DNA of 63,462 nt, filler included, from Choristocarpus tenellus KU-1152 (taxonomy: Eukaryota; Protista; Phaeophyceae): the NCBI GenBank assembly GCA_964200185.2. It is 10 parts of 10 records of this genome, joined end to end, with 100 filler letters (N's around TTAATTAATTAA, not from the genome) between each part and the next. Parts side by side here need not be neighbours in the genome. Positions count along the whole stretch, not along the records: positions 36,180 to 39,743 come from CAXNAD020019234.1; positions 39,844 to 46,594 come from CAXNAD020007428.1; positions 46,695 to 51,336 come from CAXNAD020013663.1; 7 more parts are not named here. One strand, given 5' to 3'. A model generated the notes under the pieces. It was not told the origin of the DNA. It did no database searches and was given only the letters and a program-made list of their open reading frames with translations. The first letter of the stretch is position 1. Each line of letters starts with the position of its first letter. Both the position numbers and the translations under genes were made by a program. Positions 38,350 through 50,717 of this stretch are shown here, in pieces.

Positions 38350-39612
38350 AATATGGAACAATTGACACCAGGTTAGAAGGAACAGTTGGTAGGATTGTTG
38401 GAGGGATTTAGGAATCTAGAGGGTATTCCCTAAAGATCCTTAACGAGTTCCCCCATGATCTAGAGGAGTACTACATATACCACTCATAAACGAGAACTGT
38501 ACCCCTACGCAAGCGAAACAAGGCGCCCATCCCCTGAAGAAACGCAGATGATTCAGGCGGAGGTTATGCAGTTGCAGGAACGTGGTATCATTAGACCCTC
38601 TATCTCAGCGTGGGCAGCAGCAGTGGTAGTAGTACGTAAGAAAGATGGGACCCTGAGGTTGTGCACAGATTATAGAATGCTAATGATCTCTCACGTAGTG
38701 ATAGTGGAGGTCTCGGGAATATTGCCAGCATTTTTGATAAGCTTAGGGGTTCTAGCTATTTTACTGCCATAGACCTAGCGTCAGACCTAAACCCATGTCA
38801 GCCCACAATGTCCCCTTGCTCTCTCTGTGCGTTGGAAGGTTCAGAACTAGAGTGTACTTCTCCCTCACGTGATGGACCGAGTCTAGGGGTAGCACACATG
38901 TTACTTCAGGAAACAGTTGATACCACATTCTCAGGAATACTGTCAGCACTGCAAGATTGCCACACGGAACCTGATAGTCGCGACTTAGGCGTTGGAGGTT
39001 GGCTACCAATTAGTAGACCCCAAGATCAAAGTCTACCAGTGCCTACACCCCCATCCTCTGGTTGGATGGCCCGAGATAAGATGCCTAGCGTGGACCCGAC
39101 ACCCGCCTCACAGCAACCTCTTCCCTCGCCTAACGCTACCAACACTTTTGACTGGCAACCTTTAGACCCTACCCTCGAAGACAGGGTAGAAATAAAAGGA
39201 AAGGCAGGGGAAGAGAAACCACCATGCAAGAAAAGGCGCAAAAGTGCACCAAGGCCCACGAACAAGAAGGGTAGTGACAGAACAGTCCAAATGAGTGAGA
39301 TGGTTCAACCCCACCCCACTCTCAAGAGAGCAATGACTACTCTCTCAGACATACCAGAGCTAGTGGAGAGGCAGAAGAATGACCCCTTCTTGGGCAGCAT
39401 ACGGGGTGTACTCGAAGGCCAAGAACACTGGAAGTTGTCACTCGAGTGGGGAAAAGGGAGCATAGATGTGGAGTCATATTCCCTAGATGATAAGGAGTTA
39501 CTCTGGTACACCCCTGGAGAGTATGCACCTAGGTCAGCAGTTCCTCGTTCACTAGTGTCAGACATTATAGCACTAGTACATCTACAGACTAGCCACCAGG
39601 GAGTTGGATGCA
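38350..39612 (+). mobile_element. Decayed Ty3/gypsy LTR-retrotransposon pol (RT N-terminus and integrase zinc-binding N-terminus)
   Basis: IQAEVMQLQERGIIRPSISAWAAAVVVVRKKDGTLRLCTDYRML and SSYFTAIDLAS (RT motifs). Later LVERQKNDPFLGSI…AVPRSLVSDIIALVHLQTSHQGV (integrase H2C2 start). Frameshifts and stops are present. Confidence 0.9.
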
Positions 39613-39697
39613 GAGTGAACGTATCTTAGAGGGTACGAGTTTGCCCTGTTTGTCCGTTTAGGGCTTGACTTCCCACGTTTTTTTTTGATGACATTTT
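39613..39697 (-). mobile_element. MITE family A copy 6 (partial, interrupted)
   Basis: GAGTGAACGTATCTTAGAGGGTACGAG…, interrupting the gypsy integrase. Confidence 0.8.
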
Positions 39698-39865
39698 GAC
39701 CCAAAATATAATATCTAGAGGGGGGGGGTGGTCTACACCAGGGNNNNNNNNNNNNNNNNNNNNNNNNNNNNNNNNNNNNNNNNNNNNTTAATTAATTAAN
39801 NNNNNNNNNNNNNNNNNNNNNNNNNNNNNNNNNNNNNNNNNNNCCCCCCGCCCTCAACTCGACAC

Positions 39866-42800
39866 CTTTTCTCGGGTGTCAAGGCTCCACAGATTCACAG
39901 CTCCCCTTTGTGTCCCTGCTGCCAGCAGCTTATCATCCCGACTCACTGCCAGCGACCAGGCCTCCACTGACGGAGATTGTCATGATGGCAAATCCCCCCC
40001 AGTGAGCAAAGGGGTATTGGCAGGTAGGTGTTGTGTGTCGGGTGAGTGGCAATAGTAGGAACTGTGTATATTGAAAGATTTGAACTCACATACCACCAGG
40101 AAAGAGAGACTGAAAAAAAACAACTAATCAAGAATCAATCGAATCACCCGGTGCCTTCCTGCATTGAGAGCTATGATGTTAACAGACACAACACCTAGCA
40201 ACGCAACTGTGATCTTAACAGACACCCCACCCCCTCCTCCTTCCTCTCTCTCCCCATCTACTCGGTACCAACCGGGACCCGGTTCTATTGTAGCAGTTTC
40301 TGAACCGCTCTCCAGGTCCCAGAACCTGATGCAGCTATCGATGGAACTGGTAACTCCAGCTATCACCATCGCAGCATGCAAGTCCCAGAGTGGTAGGTTT
40401 GGTGACAGATGGAGGGGGTCAGAATCAAGATTTCCGGCACAGAAGGCATGCACTTTGGTACATGCCATTTGTGTTTCAATAGCACAAGTGGTATGTCCTA
40501 TCTCATCGTATGTTTTAAAGTGTAACTTTACTCCATACACACTAATACACACTAATACACACACACATACATACTATAATCTGCAGGTAGGCAATGCGAA
40601 CAAAACGGTTGGAGGCTAAGGTACAAGGTCGGTGACATCCAAGCGTGTTGTATGCTCATCTCACCAAAAGGTCTATAGGGTTTTTGGAGTCCTTACAGAT
40701 CAAATGCAGCATTGAATTGGATCCCATGCAGTACAGTCGTAAACTCCGTGACAAAACTTGCACCAAGCTTATTGCCTCAACACTCAAAGTGCAACCAGAT
40801 CACTTGATATGATATCATGGTATTCAGCACCCCAGTGCCTACCTTTTTGCAACATAACACACAAACAGAGCCAGATGACACACACAAACGAAAACTGGCT
40901 GGAAATTAACTTCCTCCCATACACACCTCCATCCCTCAACCCTATCATGGCATCCAGAGGATTACTTTTCCATCCTCTGCTGTGTACCTCCAGTACCTCC
41001 AGTCAAATACTTACAAATATACATATTAATAGGTATGGCAGGGCACAACATTCATCCAACCCCTCCCACCTCTACAGGGATTTCAACACACCCAACCTTC
41101 AACCCATAGCTGCCATTATAAAGAGGCAGCGATTAAGTATCACTCATATCAGGACCAAATCAACCCCTCACCCTTCTCCCTTTCTCAGCCTGCAAGTGCC
41201 AGTAACTTGTTCTCTTCCTGTTCCAACTCCTCCCCCAACCCCGCCCACTCTTCCATCATTTTTTTAAACTTGCCTAAATCTCGTTACTGGCTCACCTTTC
41301 CCCCCATTGAAAGCTTTGATACTCACCACACCCAACCGGTGTCCCTTTAGAGAGTGCAACGAAGCCAACTCCGATGACCTTCATGCACCATTGTACCAAT
41401 CCCACCCCCCACCCCCCAAAAACCACATAAACACACAAATCATAACCACAATAACCGAACCCCCAGCACCATGCAATGCCCCCAAACCACAAGGGAGTGG
41501 AGTAATGCACCATCTGTAGGTCAGGTGGTCATTTGATCTTGTTTATGACTGAGTTGCAGCCAAAAGTTTGATTAGACTAAACAGCTGAGTTTGATGATAG
41601 CATAGGTGAGTTGACGGGAAAATAATCTACGCTTTCCTTGCCATCTGGTAAGTCACTGGTTTGATAAAGTCAGATGGGTCTTGTTGGCCTCCTATATAGA
41701 TGCCTCCACTGCTCTAGACTACAAATGCACGCATGTGCAACCCTAGTCTGAGTTATTCTTTTGTGGTGTTCCATGCACTCACCACATGTGTGGGTGTTTG
41801 TACACCATAGCTTTCCATGGAAGGGGAGGGGGCATGCAATGTCTTTTATGGTTACAGCAAGGTAGATAAAAAAAATGCCATTGCGATCAATTGTGACTGA
41901 GGGCAATGGAGAACATTTTTATGTTTATGCTCAAAGAACTATGTTGTAGGGAGACAAGGTATTACTTCGATCAAGGAGGCTAAGGGATTCAGGGAGGGGC
42001 GATTAAGGGAGTTGGACCATACAATCAAGAAGGCTAAAACGTGGAGACTGAACAACGGGTGCAACGACCACAATGTGACAGCAATCAGAGCATACGGGAT
42101 TATGTACATGGCATAAAAACCCTTTGTAGAAACCTACATGCGCTTACATCGCAAAGTTGACGAAGGTTGAACGCACAAACAGCAGCGATTTTATTGCCAT
42201 CAACAATTCATATCTGTGCGAGTATGCCGCAACTAAACTTATCTTGTAACAAGTATTGCAGGCACCATCGTTCAAGAAACCACGTTCTCGCTGTGAGTGT
42301 ATTTCTACCCTCCATCCACCGCCCCAACCCGCACGACATCTGGATCCTGCCTTCAAGTTCTAACATTAGCGTCAGGCAGCATCCTACGTATGAAAACACT
42401 CCATCCCTATAGACTCGTTCTATAATCTCTAGTACCATCAACGCAGCGCTGCACTTAGGCAACATGCAGCAAGCGCTGCGCATCGACTCGGGATCAAAGT
42501 TGTAAAAGCAAGTGCTTGCCGCACACCCGCAAGGAAGAAACCTCGCAAGACATAGGTACTTTCACCCTTGAAAAATCAAGTCGCTCCAATCCATTGGGAT
42601 CAAGAAAAGGTGGGGCTTTGAGAACCTCCTAATATCTGGAGTTCTTCAATGCTTACTATGCATTTCCCCTTCATGGGTCCATTCAGGTCATGCTTTAGAC
42701 TTCGGGATTACGTGCTTTGTCATATGCTCTATGCTATCATCCCGCATTCCTCTACCTCTTCCTGTCCGACCTTCAGGTGCGGATGTCAACAACTCACCAC

Positions 42801-43193
42801 ACTCGTGCACGCTCATCTACGCTTCCCGACAGGATCTTGTCGTCAGCTGTCCAGGCTACACTCCATATTCCTTCCTCATGAGCGCTTTCCAATCGATGAG
42901 TTGCATGGAACTGTTGGAAGGCAAGCATTAGAGGATAGGGTGCAAATCAAAATCAAATTCGGTGGTGGAGTCCTCTCTCTCCTCCTTCTCAAGGGGATTC
43001 TTAACAATCCCAGATTTAGACGGATCCCGAGAGTATTTCTAGACTCTCAACAACGACGAATTACCGACTCCAGCTTCGAGGGGATTGCAACTCAACAAAG
43101 TCTCTCTACGCTTCAACAATGAAGGGGATAATGTGGACATCCCTGATCCAAAACTAGTAACCTTGACCAAGAGGTTGACGTGTTACATACCAT
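39866..43193 (-). CDS. WDR61: WD40 protein WDR61/Ski8 (SKI and PAF1 complex subunit), 5' part
   Basis: Exons 43193-43191 (ATG, tentative), 42910-42798 (FHATHRLESAHEEGIWSVAWTADDKILSGSVDERARVW), 41378-41296 (LHSLKGHRLGVVSI), 40359-40273 (GVTSSIDSCIRFWDLESGSETATIEPGP), 39966-39866 (VEAWSLAVSRDDKLLAAGTQRGAVNLW). Colinear with the WDR61 motifs AHDDAIWSVAW / GHQLGVVSV / SSSLDAHIRLWDLE / GPVDAWTLAFS. Confidence 0.9.
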
Positions 43194-44737
43194 TGACCTG
43201 ACTCTTTGCCTCCACCACCGCTCCTTTGGCCAATTCGAGGAAGAAAGATTCCCCTGTCAAATAGCTACCAGATCAGGAACCAAGACAAATAGAGGGTGTA
43301 AACTATAGTAGTGAAGTAGTACCAACTATAATATTGGATAAAGTCGTGCCATTTACTGTTTTGATGATACAAACATCGATGTTTGGTCCATTTTTTTTTG
43401 TCATTCCTTGTTCAGAACGTTATGTCGCGCGAGCGCGCGACATAGATTTCCAATAAAAATCCCATTTATGTTAAATATACATACGTGGTATATGCCGTAT
43501 TGCGCTTTTGTCACCATCATTATTATTATTTTTCATGTTCATTTTTAATTTTTTCGGTTTGGAACTTCTCCACTATGATACCTCCATCCACCCTACTACC
43601 TACCATCTTAACCCATCCTCATATCATACTCCACACTGGAATATTTCTTACCCTACCTACATATAAACTACCACTTCCACAGCAACTAACTGCACAACCT
43701 TCTGACTTTCCCTTGATGTTTCTCGTATGTTCTTCCAAGTGTATTTTATGGTGAATCTGATTATACTTTCTTTGTCCACACTGAAGTTTCCCCACCACCA
43801 TGTACATCTTTGGATCCATCACGTTTTATGGTGTACCTTCGCACGCAGTCCATTTCCGATGTATTATGTAGTATAGAAATGTCAATTTCTCCATATACTT
43901 TGGTTTAAAAACTCACCACTTCTACAACACTATAACCAATAAAACGTCTTCGCTGTATATACCTCCAAATGACGAAGAGCAAATCTTCAATTTATTACAC
44001 CTAGAAAGAAAAAAAAGGTGTTCGATAGATAGAAAAAGAACCAATACAAATATAAAAACAAACAAATTACAGAAGTTCAACATCTTGCGAGGCGATTACA
44101 CGTATCATTGAAGCAACCATCTACGCCATACGTGTTTTCATATCTCACACAAATTTCAGAGTCGGACACTAGATTCTGTGTTGAGCGTCTGTGTTCGTCC
44201 GCTTCGGTATTCCAATATCCGACCAATATCCGGCGTGGGCAAAGCAAGTTCCTAAACACGTTCTGACTTTGCAACCCGAGATCATTGATAACTTCAGTCT
44301 TTACATTTCCACTGCCTGAGGAACTGGGTCCGAACCAGGAAACAACCCACTTAATACCGCATTTAATCAACTAAGGTGAGAATGTTATAGCATGCTAGGA
44401 CGGTTTCGGGAGGTGATCGAAGTAATGGATATTGAAGATGAAGGTAGAGGGAGATTTGCGTAGCATAGGAGGCGTTCTCATCTTTCAGGGGACTCGAGAT
44501 CAGAGATGATTCGTTGTCGACTGTTTTGGGCTCATTGAAGTTCATACATGCCTTGAGTAAGGTAGGGTGTTGTCAAGGGGACCTCGCGATAGGAAGTAGT
44601 TTAAGCACGCTATGGTAAATATGGATAGGATTCTATAACAGCAGTTGAGAAGTTCGCACTTAGCTTCAACCTATGATAACTGACACAAGATTCTTGACCC
44701 TCAGAGTGAAGTAAGCAAAGGTTGCGAGTGGGGAGAC

Positions 44738-46443
44738 ATGGATACCGAGGCCCCAATCCCCCCGCCAAAGGAGGGACCCGCCGTGCCTGCACCCACAGTA
44801 GTGGCTCCTGTAGATGAACCAATGACTGAACCTGTACCTGTTCCAGTGGCAGCAACAGTCACACTAGCTCCTGCTGAGAAGGAGGTTGAGGTACTTGTAA
44901 TGAACTCCTTTTGACTTTTAGAGCTATTGCAAGAAACGAATGGATATTGCTGGTTTCAAGGGAAGAATGAGAGTGAAGGTTTCCGACTTACTTGAGACAT
45001 AGCGAGTGTTGGAATCATTTTCGCTGCCAACAGTCTGTTACTCAAACACTAGAACAGCTAGTACGTGAAGGATGACTAAAAAAGGGTCGTACAGCGGCAA
45101 CCCCTCTCATTTTCACTCTCATTTTCACTCTCATTTTCACTCCCCATACACAATGTATGTCGTCCACAAATTTTGTGATTCCTCATACCCTACCTCACTC
45201 CGAAGAACTCCCAAACATCATTTTCAGAAATTGAATGCCGTACTAATATCAAACGCGTCAACATGCAAACACCTGTGACCTGTGCCTGCTTTTTTTCAGC
45301 GTGGTATCTTGCAACAGCAATTGTCAACAGAGGAGAAGAATGATGCCAGTCACCGTAGAAAAGAACTCACTGCCCTGCGAATATTTGAATCCAAGAGGAA
45401 CGCGTAAGTTCAGTGTTGAGGAAGAGAGAAATGTGGTTGATAGGGCGGGGTTTGTTGTATGAGATTAGTAATGAGTGGAATGGGACAGGGAGGTAGGTTG
45501 AGGGGTGGGTGGATGAATATTCTCATTGAATCTGCAACTTCCTTCCATATGGACCTGCTCATATATTTGAACTATACAAAGTATTTATAGCAAGAAGAGT
45601 CCCAATGATGTTTGATGGGACAGGTTCTGCCTTCCACGGGGGCTACTAACATAAGATTTGGTTCAGAATGGTTCATGATTCCGTGCAATATTTTGGTGTC
45701 TGTTCATTCTCTGCTCTGGCACAAATGTTGCAGTTTCAACTCCATAAACAAGTTTCTCACCTGTGTGTATCTGTGCATGCCATTTGAAACTCTGTGAATT
45801 TAAGATTATTTGAAAGTACAGCACATTTATTAGGTGGAAAGAGACTTGTTGATGTTACGTGATGGAAGATGTGGTGTAATTTTCTGGCACCAAGTTAGAT
45901 TGTGGTATTGTAGTGGAAGGGCTGATCACGACATGTAGGGTGTGATCAAAGCAACCTAGGAGTATATTACTGCTGTCAAAAAAAAATCTTTCTTTTATTG
46001 TGTGGGAACACAACGGTAGCTGAACTCAGTGTACAAGTAGAGTTTTATTGCACTATCTCTGTGACAACAACAGCACATAATAAATTTTTGTGCTCTTTCC
46101 ATTAATTTTCCCACCCTCACTTCTTCCTGCTCTCATGACTCTCCTCCCACCTCCCACTTCCGCTACCTCCCCCTTGTCTTTTGCTTCTGTTCCTTGAATG
46201 CGTGTCCATCCCATGACACTGTGATCTTACGCATGCCCTGAGAAGTTTCTTTGTGGACCAGTACCAGCAGAATATGTTGTACTGGAAAAGCTTGGGCGAT
46301 CTAGTCAAGGAGAACGAATCCTCTACAAACACGGTCCTCACTTTCCTTGAAAGGAAAGTGGAGTCCGAACGTTCCCATGCCTCCCGCCTTTATGCTAACT
46401 TTGACTTTGTTAGTGGAGACAAGAAGGGTGCCTGCAACACCAG
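44738..46443 (+). CDS. Protein with Pro-rich N-terminus and possible FCH/F-BAR-like helical domain, 5' part
   Basis: Phase-consistent exons 44738-44890 (MDTEAPIPPPKEGPAVPAP…EKEVE), 45300-45403 (RGILQQQ…FESKRNA), ~46246-46443 (FFVDQYQQNMLYWKSLGDLVKENESSTNTVLTFLERKVESERSHASRL). The last segment resembles the FCH motif FlkeRaeiEeeYAkkL. Confidence 0.65.
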
Positions 46444-46731
46444 GTTAGTTTCATACTCAGTTGTGAGTGCATATGTGTGGTGCATCCATTTTGCTTTTTC
46501 TTTATTTGAGGATAAGATAAGCCTTGGGGGGGGGGGGGGGGGGGGTTTGGGATGCGTTGGACGCTCCGGGGTGTGGGTTGTGTATTATTTTTTTNNNNNN
46601 NNNNNNNNNNNNNNNNNNNNNNNNNNNNNNNNNNNNNNTTAATTAATTAANNNNNNNNNNNNNNNNNNNNNNNNNNNNNNNNNNNNNNNNNNNNCCCCCC
46701 CCCCCCCTCCCCCCAGATATTTTGGGTCAAG

Positions 46732-46897
46732 GGTCAATATCCTTGTTCCCGACACACCTTTTCATAATGTATACATTTTACCTACTCAGAAATGTGTCGG
46801 AGTATGTAAAATGTCACAAAATATCCCCGGGGAGCCAAGCCCCAAACGGACAAAGAAGGACAAAACTCGCAAAACACCCTCTAAGATACTTTCACTC
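46732..46897 (+). mobile_element. MITE family A copy 7 (right part)
   Basis: Internal hairpin region plus the right TIR CCCTCTAAGATACTTTCACTC. Confidence 0.8.
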
Positions 46898-48009
46898 TAA
46901 TTCAAGAATGTTTCTGGACAAGATCTATTCATCCAAGAGTTACTTCGTGGCTGCAGGAGAGCACGGCAACAATTTTGCGGAGAGCGCTCACTTCCGTAGG
47001 TCTATTCAGGTATCACAATCTATGGAAAGGTTCACGCCTCTAGGAGAGAGTGGGGAATATGTACAATGATAAGTTTTCGATCAATGTGCCCTAATTCACT
47101 TGCACATGATAGACGCACAATGGAAGATGGATTCACTTGCCACAATCAACACTCTTGCTGCAAATTTAGAGAACACAAAGGACGCTAACCTGGGCCGCTG
47201 CTGCCACTGCCATGGCGAGAGATGCCAACAGTAACCTAGCTCTTTGGCGAACCATGTAGCCAAGAATCTCGTTCATCACCTTGCGGGGTCACACCGTGGT
47301 AAGCCATGGGTGGGAAAAGAGTTGGCAAAGGAAAGAATTCTTCTAACAGGAAGCTTCAAACTTAGATATCCATCCAGTGCAAAGAATGCAAGTACACATT
47401 GCCTGTTGTTGTCAAGATGCAACTTGGGTACCCATGATTAAGATGGTACTTTCAAGGTGTGCAAGATAAAGTACAACCCTCAGTCTCTCATAAACACGAG
47501 GGGAATAATTGCGCTCAGCAAGGGGAAAATACCTCCAGTCCCAACACTTTCTTGGGGATTATCGTACGGGTTCGAAAGTATGAGATACTGCTGAGATAAT
47601 GCTGAGTCGGGAATGACTCGGCTTATGTCCGCATTCACGAACTGTCAATAATATGAGGGTAGGAATGACTGCAAATTACTTCTTCCGCCGTCCTCCGTGT
47701 CGCACAAATAATTCCTACTGGACCACGAGTCAAGTTTTCTTTCCAATGTTCATAGCGTTTGTAATAGTTCAGGAGCATCATGGGGATATGTTGATGATTG
47801 GTGGAAAGAGGGAGTAGACGAGGTAACTCTGGTTGGAGAACTACTGCTATTCATTACTATCCCCGATGCCTTAGCAACAACACGACGTAAAGATTTCGTG
47901 CTTGTTTTTGTATCGCCACCAATTTTAGAAGGAAGAAGACTACTGTACAAATCTCTTCTCGACCTACCTAGTAATCCCTGTCGAAATGTATTTGAGTAAT
48001 TGGTCGTAC

Positions 48010-48330
48010 CTTCGTATCCTTCTTGGTGAGGCGTCGGAACTCCGACTTAGTTTGCCCCTTAGAAGGTCCGTTTCCACGACCACGGCGACCATCACCCCCT
48101 GTAACGCCTTCCTCTCTCCCAAACCCTTGACTATTGTCCTCGGTCGCATCCTCTCCATTCTTTTCAGTTTTCTGGGGTAGAGATCCAGGGTGCGATCGCC
48201 CCTGTCCGCCTCGTCTTCTCGTCTGTCGACCTTGCATTTCTTGAATTCCATTGATGGAACCTGCAAGCAACGGCTGCTGCAGTGTCGAATCATCATTTTC
48301 CTCAGTAGAAGGATCACCTGGTGCCATCCT
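48010..48330 (-). CDS. Possible first coding exon of a hypothetical low-complexity protein
   Basis: MAPGDPSTEENDDSTLQQPLL…RRLTKKDTK followed by AAG|gtacga, divergent from the gene at 48550. Downstream exons are not resolved. Confidence 0.35.
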
Positions 48331-48549
48331 TGCGATGATTTGTTCAGAGACAGAGTGAGGAATAAAGTCTCTCGAAGTCAGTTGATACAATAAACCAGAG
48401 AAAAGAGGCTTCAACTATGGCCTCCCCAGTCTATGTAACGCCGAAGAGATAGATACATACATCCACCTCAACATCGTCTCACCCCCGACAGAGTTCTGCT
48501 GCCGGGTATTACCACCTTGCTTCTATCCAAAGAGATATTTGTGGCGCTG

Positions 48550-50489
48550 ATGTGGCGTACGGTTCTTTTGGCGCTCATTCTGAATTCATGTGCTACTTTT
48601 GGGAGGGCATTTATCTCCGGATCTCCTGGAAGGTTTAACGCAAGATGCCGAGTGAGTTTTCGTGATCACAGCTTCGCAGGGGAGCACCAGTGGTGCACGG
48701 TTAGCTTAAGAGTATAGGGAATTACCGTGGGGGGTGTGCCCATATATATATGCTAAGGCATTGATACTAACAGCTATCTGGACGGCGTTATCAAATTGAA
48801 CGACACATGTTTATCATACTTCTGAGCAGTATGAACGTGTGAGGACGTCCAACCATGTATCTGAGTGACCGTGTGACTACGTAAAGCATCAGGAGGAAGG
48901 GATGAAGGGATTTAGGGAATGATTCCATAGGAACAGTCAGTGGGAAGACGCATGTCAATCATGAACACCCCATACCATCAAAAGCATGCATGAAACGTTC
49001 TGCCAATACCAGGAGTTGCCTCCTCGTTCGTGTCTTGGTGTTCTCCTGTTACAGATGAAGGAAAGTACCCACATAAATTCATTACTCCATGTATCATTCT
49101 ATTCCTACATCGCATCGATGTGAAGGTCTTGGATCATCCCTAGCTACTCAAGTGTAGTAATCCGACCTGTTTTGTCGGTTGGTGGTGATCAATCTGGCAG
49201 GTCTCGCGCACTCTGGCAGTAACAGGAGGAATGTCCGACGTAGAGGACGGAGCAAGAAGCAGCAGGCGAGAATTTGCAGCCGCAGTAGCTAATGCATTAC
49301 TGAGAATGGGGGGAGCGGCCTGGGTCCTGGAGTCCCAACCTCTGGGGGCTTGGGCAAAGGAGAAGGCAAGATGAAAGACGGGAGGCGGGTGGTGCGTGCT
49401 ACCCCTTCCATTTGACTTGCCAGAAAGAGTAACATAGTCAGTCTTGGAGTTAGCTCTCTTATACTCAGGTCGGTCGGACTTGTTGTATCAAGTGGTTTCA
49501 GGAAAGATAGCTCATTATGTACCTTCAACCTCGTGTGTATTACTCTGTCCATTGCCATCCCATTGCACATACCTCAATATTTGGGAGCTGTCACTTTGCT
49601 CGAAAAGGGTTAAATTGTGATATGTATCATCGAGAACAACGGCATTCCAGAATTGGTGTAAGTGGTGTGGATCCCTCCCACCACAGCCACCTCTGTATGG
49701 TAGAAAAATGGAATACACAACAAGAATTGGAGGTGCACCACTAAAACAACATGATGAAACAAGTTCAGATTCTCAGCCTGAACACCCCTCAGAATTAAAA
49801 ATGCTCTTTTAGACGTGTTTTTGTTTTGAAATGCACGTACCCTTCTTTCCTCCCTGACGAAGGCATCTTGATCGTATGTGGATACATAGATATAGATATG
49901 TAGATATAGATATAGATATGTAGACTAGGGTTAGCAAAAATAAGCAGGTCCATTGAATGCAATGTGTGTTACATGAACAACCACCATCTCTCCTCCCCCC
50001 CTCCCCACAGCTAGCCACGTTGGTTATGTAGGCTCACCGAAATGGAGTGCGAATGAGTAGATTTTGTTTTTGTTTTTGTGTGTACATTTTATATCAATCC
50101 CTTCCGAAGATGCCTGTACTGATAAGCTGCTGGATGTCTGGCTTCATGATAGCCTACGACATCCCTCGACCACACTTGTTCTTGCTTTTATTGAAAGGGG
50201 GGGGGGGGGGGGGGTGGACATAGTTTTTTTACCCTATGCTGGTTTGAGAGTCTGATAGCAGTTTCAACAGCTATCCACAGCTAGGCTCTTGTTTCTTTCT
50301 TTCTGACAGACAACCAGCTACTAACACACAATAAATTGTCTTTGCTTGTGAGGGGGTTCTGTTTCTCCCACCCTTCTGTGTCCGACAAACTGGACTACAC
50401 AACAACTTTCTGTATATGCCTCTTCTGAGGTGATTTTTAAAATGCATACAGTGTGCGCTTGTTCATGCTCTGGAAAAAAATAATATAAT

Positions 50490-50523
<34 letters not shown>

Positions 50524-50717
50524 TTATGTTTTTATATATGTACATTTCACAACGCACAGGAGGAGGAGGGGGTTGTAGTGGACTGGAAAGCAGAATTTGG
50601 AGCGATCCGGGAAGGTTCCCAGGGCATGCTGGCAGACTTGAAGGCAAAAGTCGAAGCATCGGATTGGGAAGCAGTCAAGGAAATCAGCAAGGATGGGGAC
50701 CTGGAATTCCGAAAGCT
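48550..50717 (+). CDS. Nuclear-encoded thylakoid lumen protein (signal peptide + plastid transit + Tat peptide), PsbQ-like helical mature part; partial
   Basis: Exon 48550-48651: MWRTVLLALILNSCATFGRA-FISG (ASAFAP-type). Exon 49201-49365: …SSRREFAAAVANALLRMGGAAWVLESQPLGAWA-KEK (twin-Arg + AxA). Exon 50560-50717: EEEGVVVDWKAEFGAIREGSQGMLADLKAKVEASDWEAVKEISKDGDLEFRK. Confidence 0.75.
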
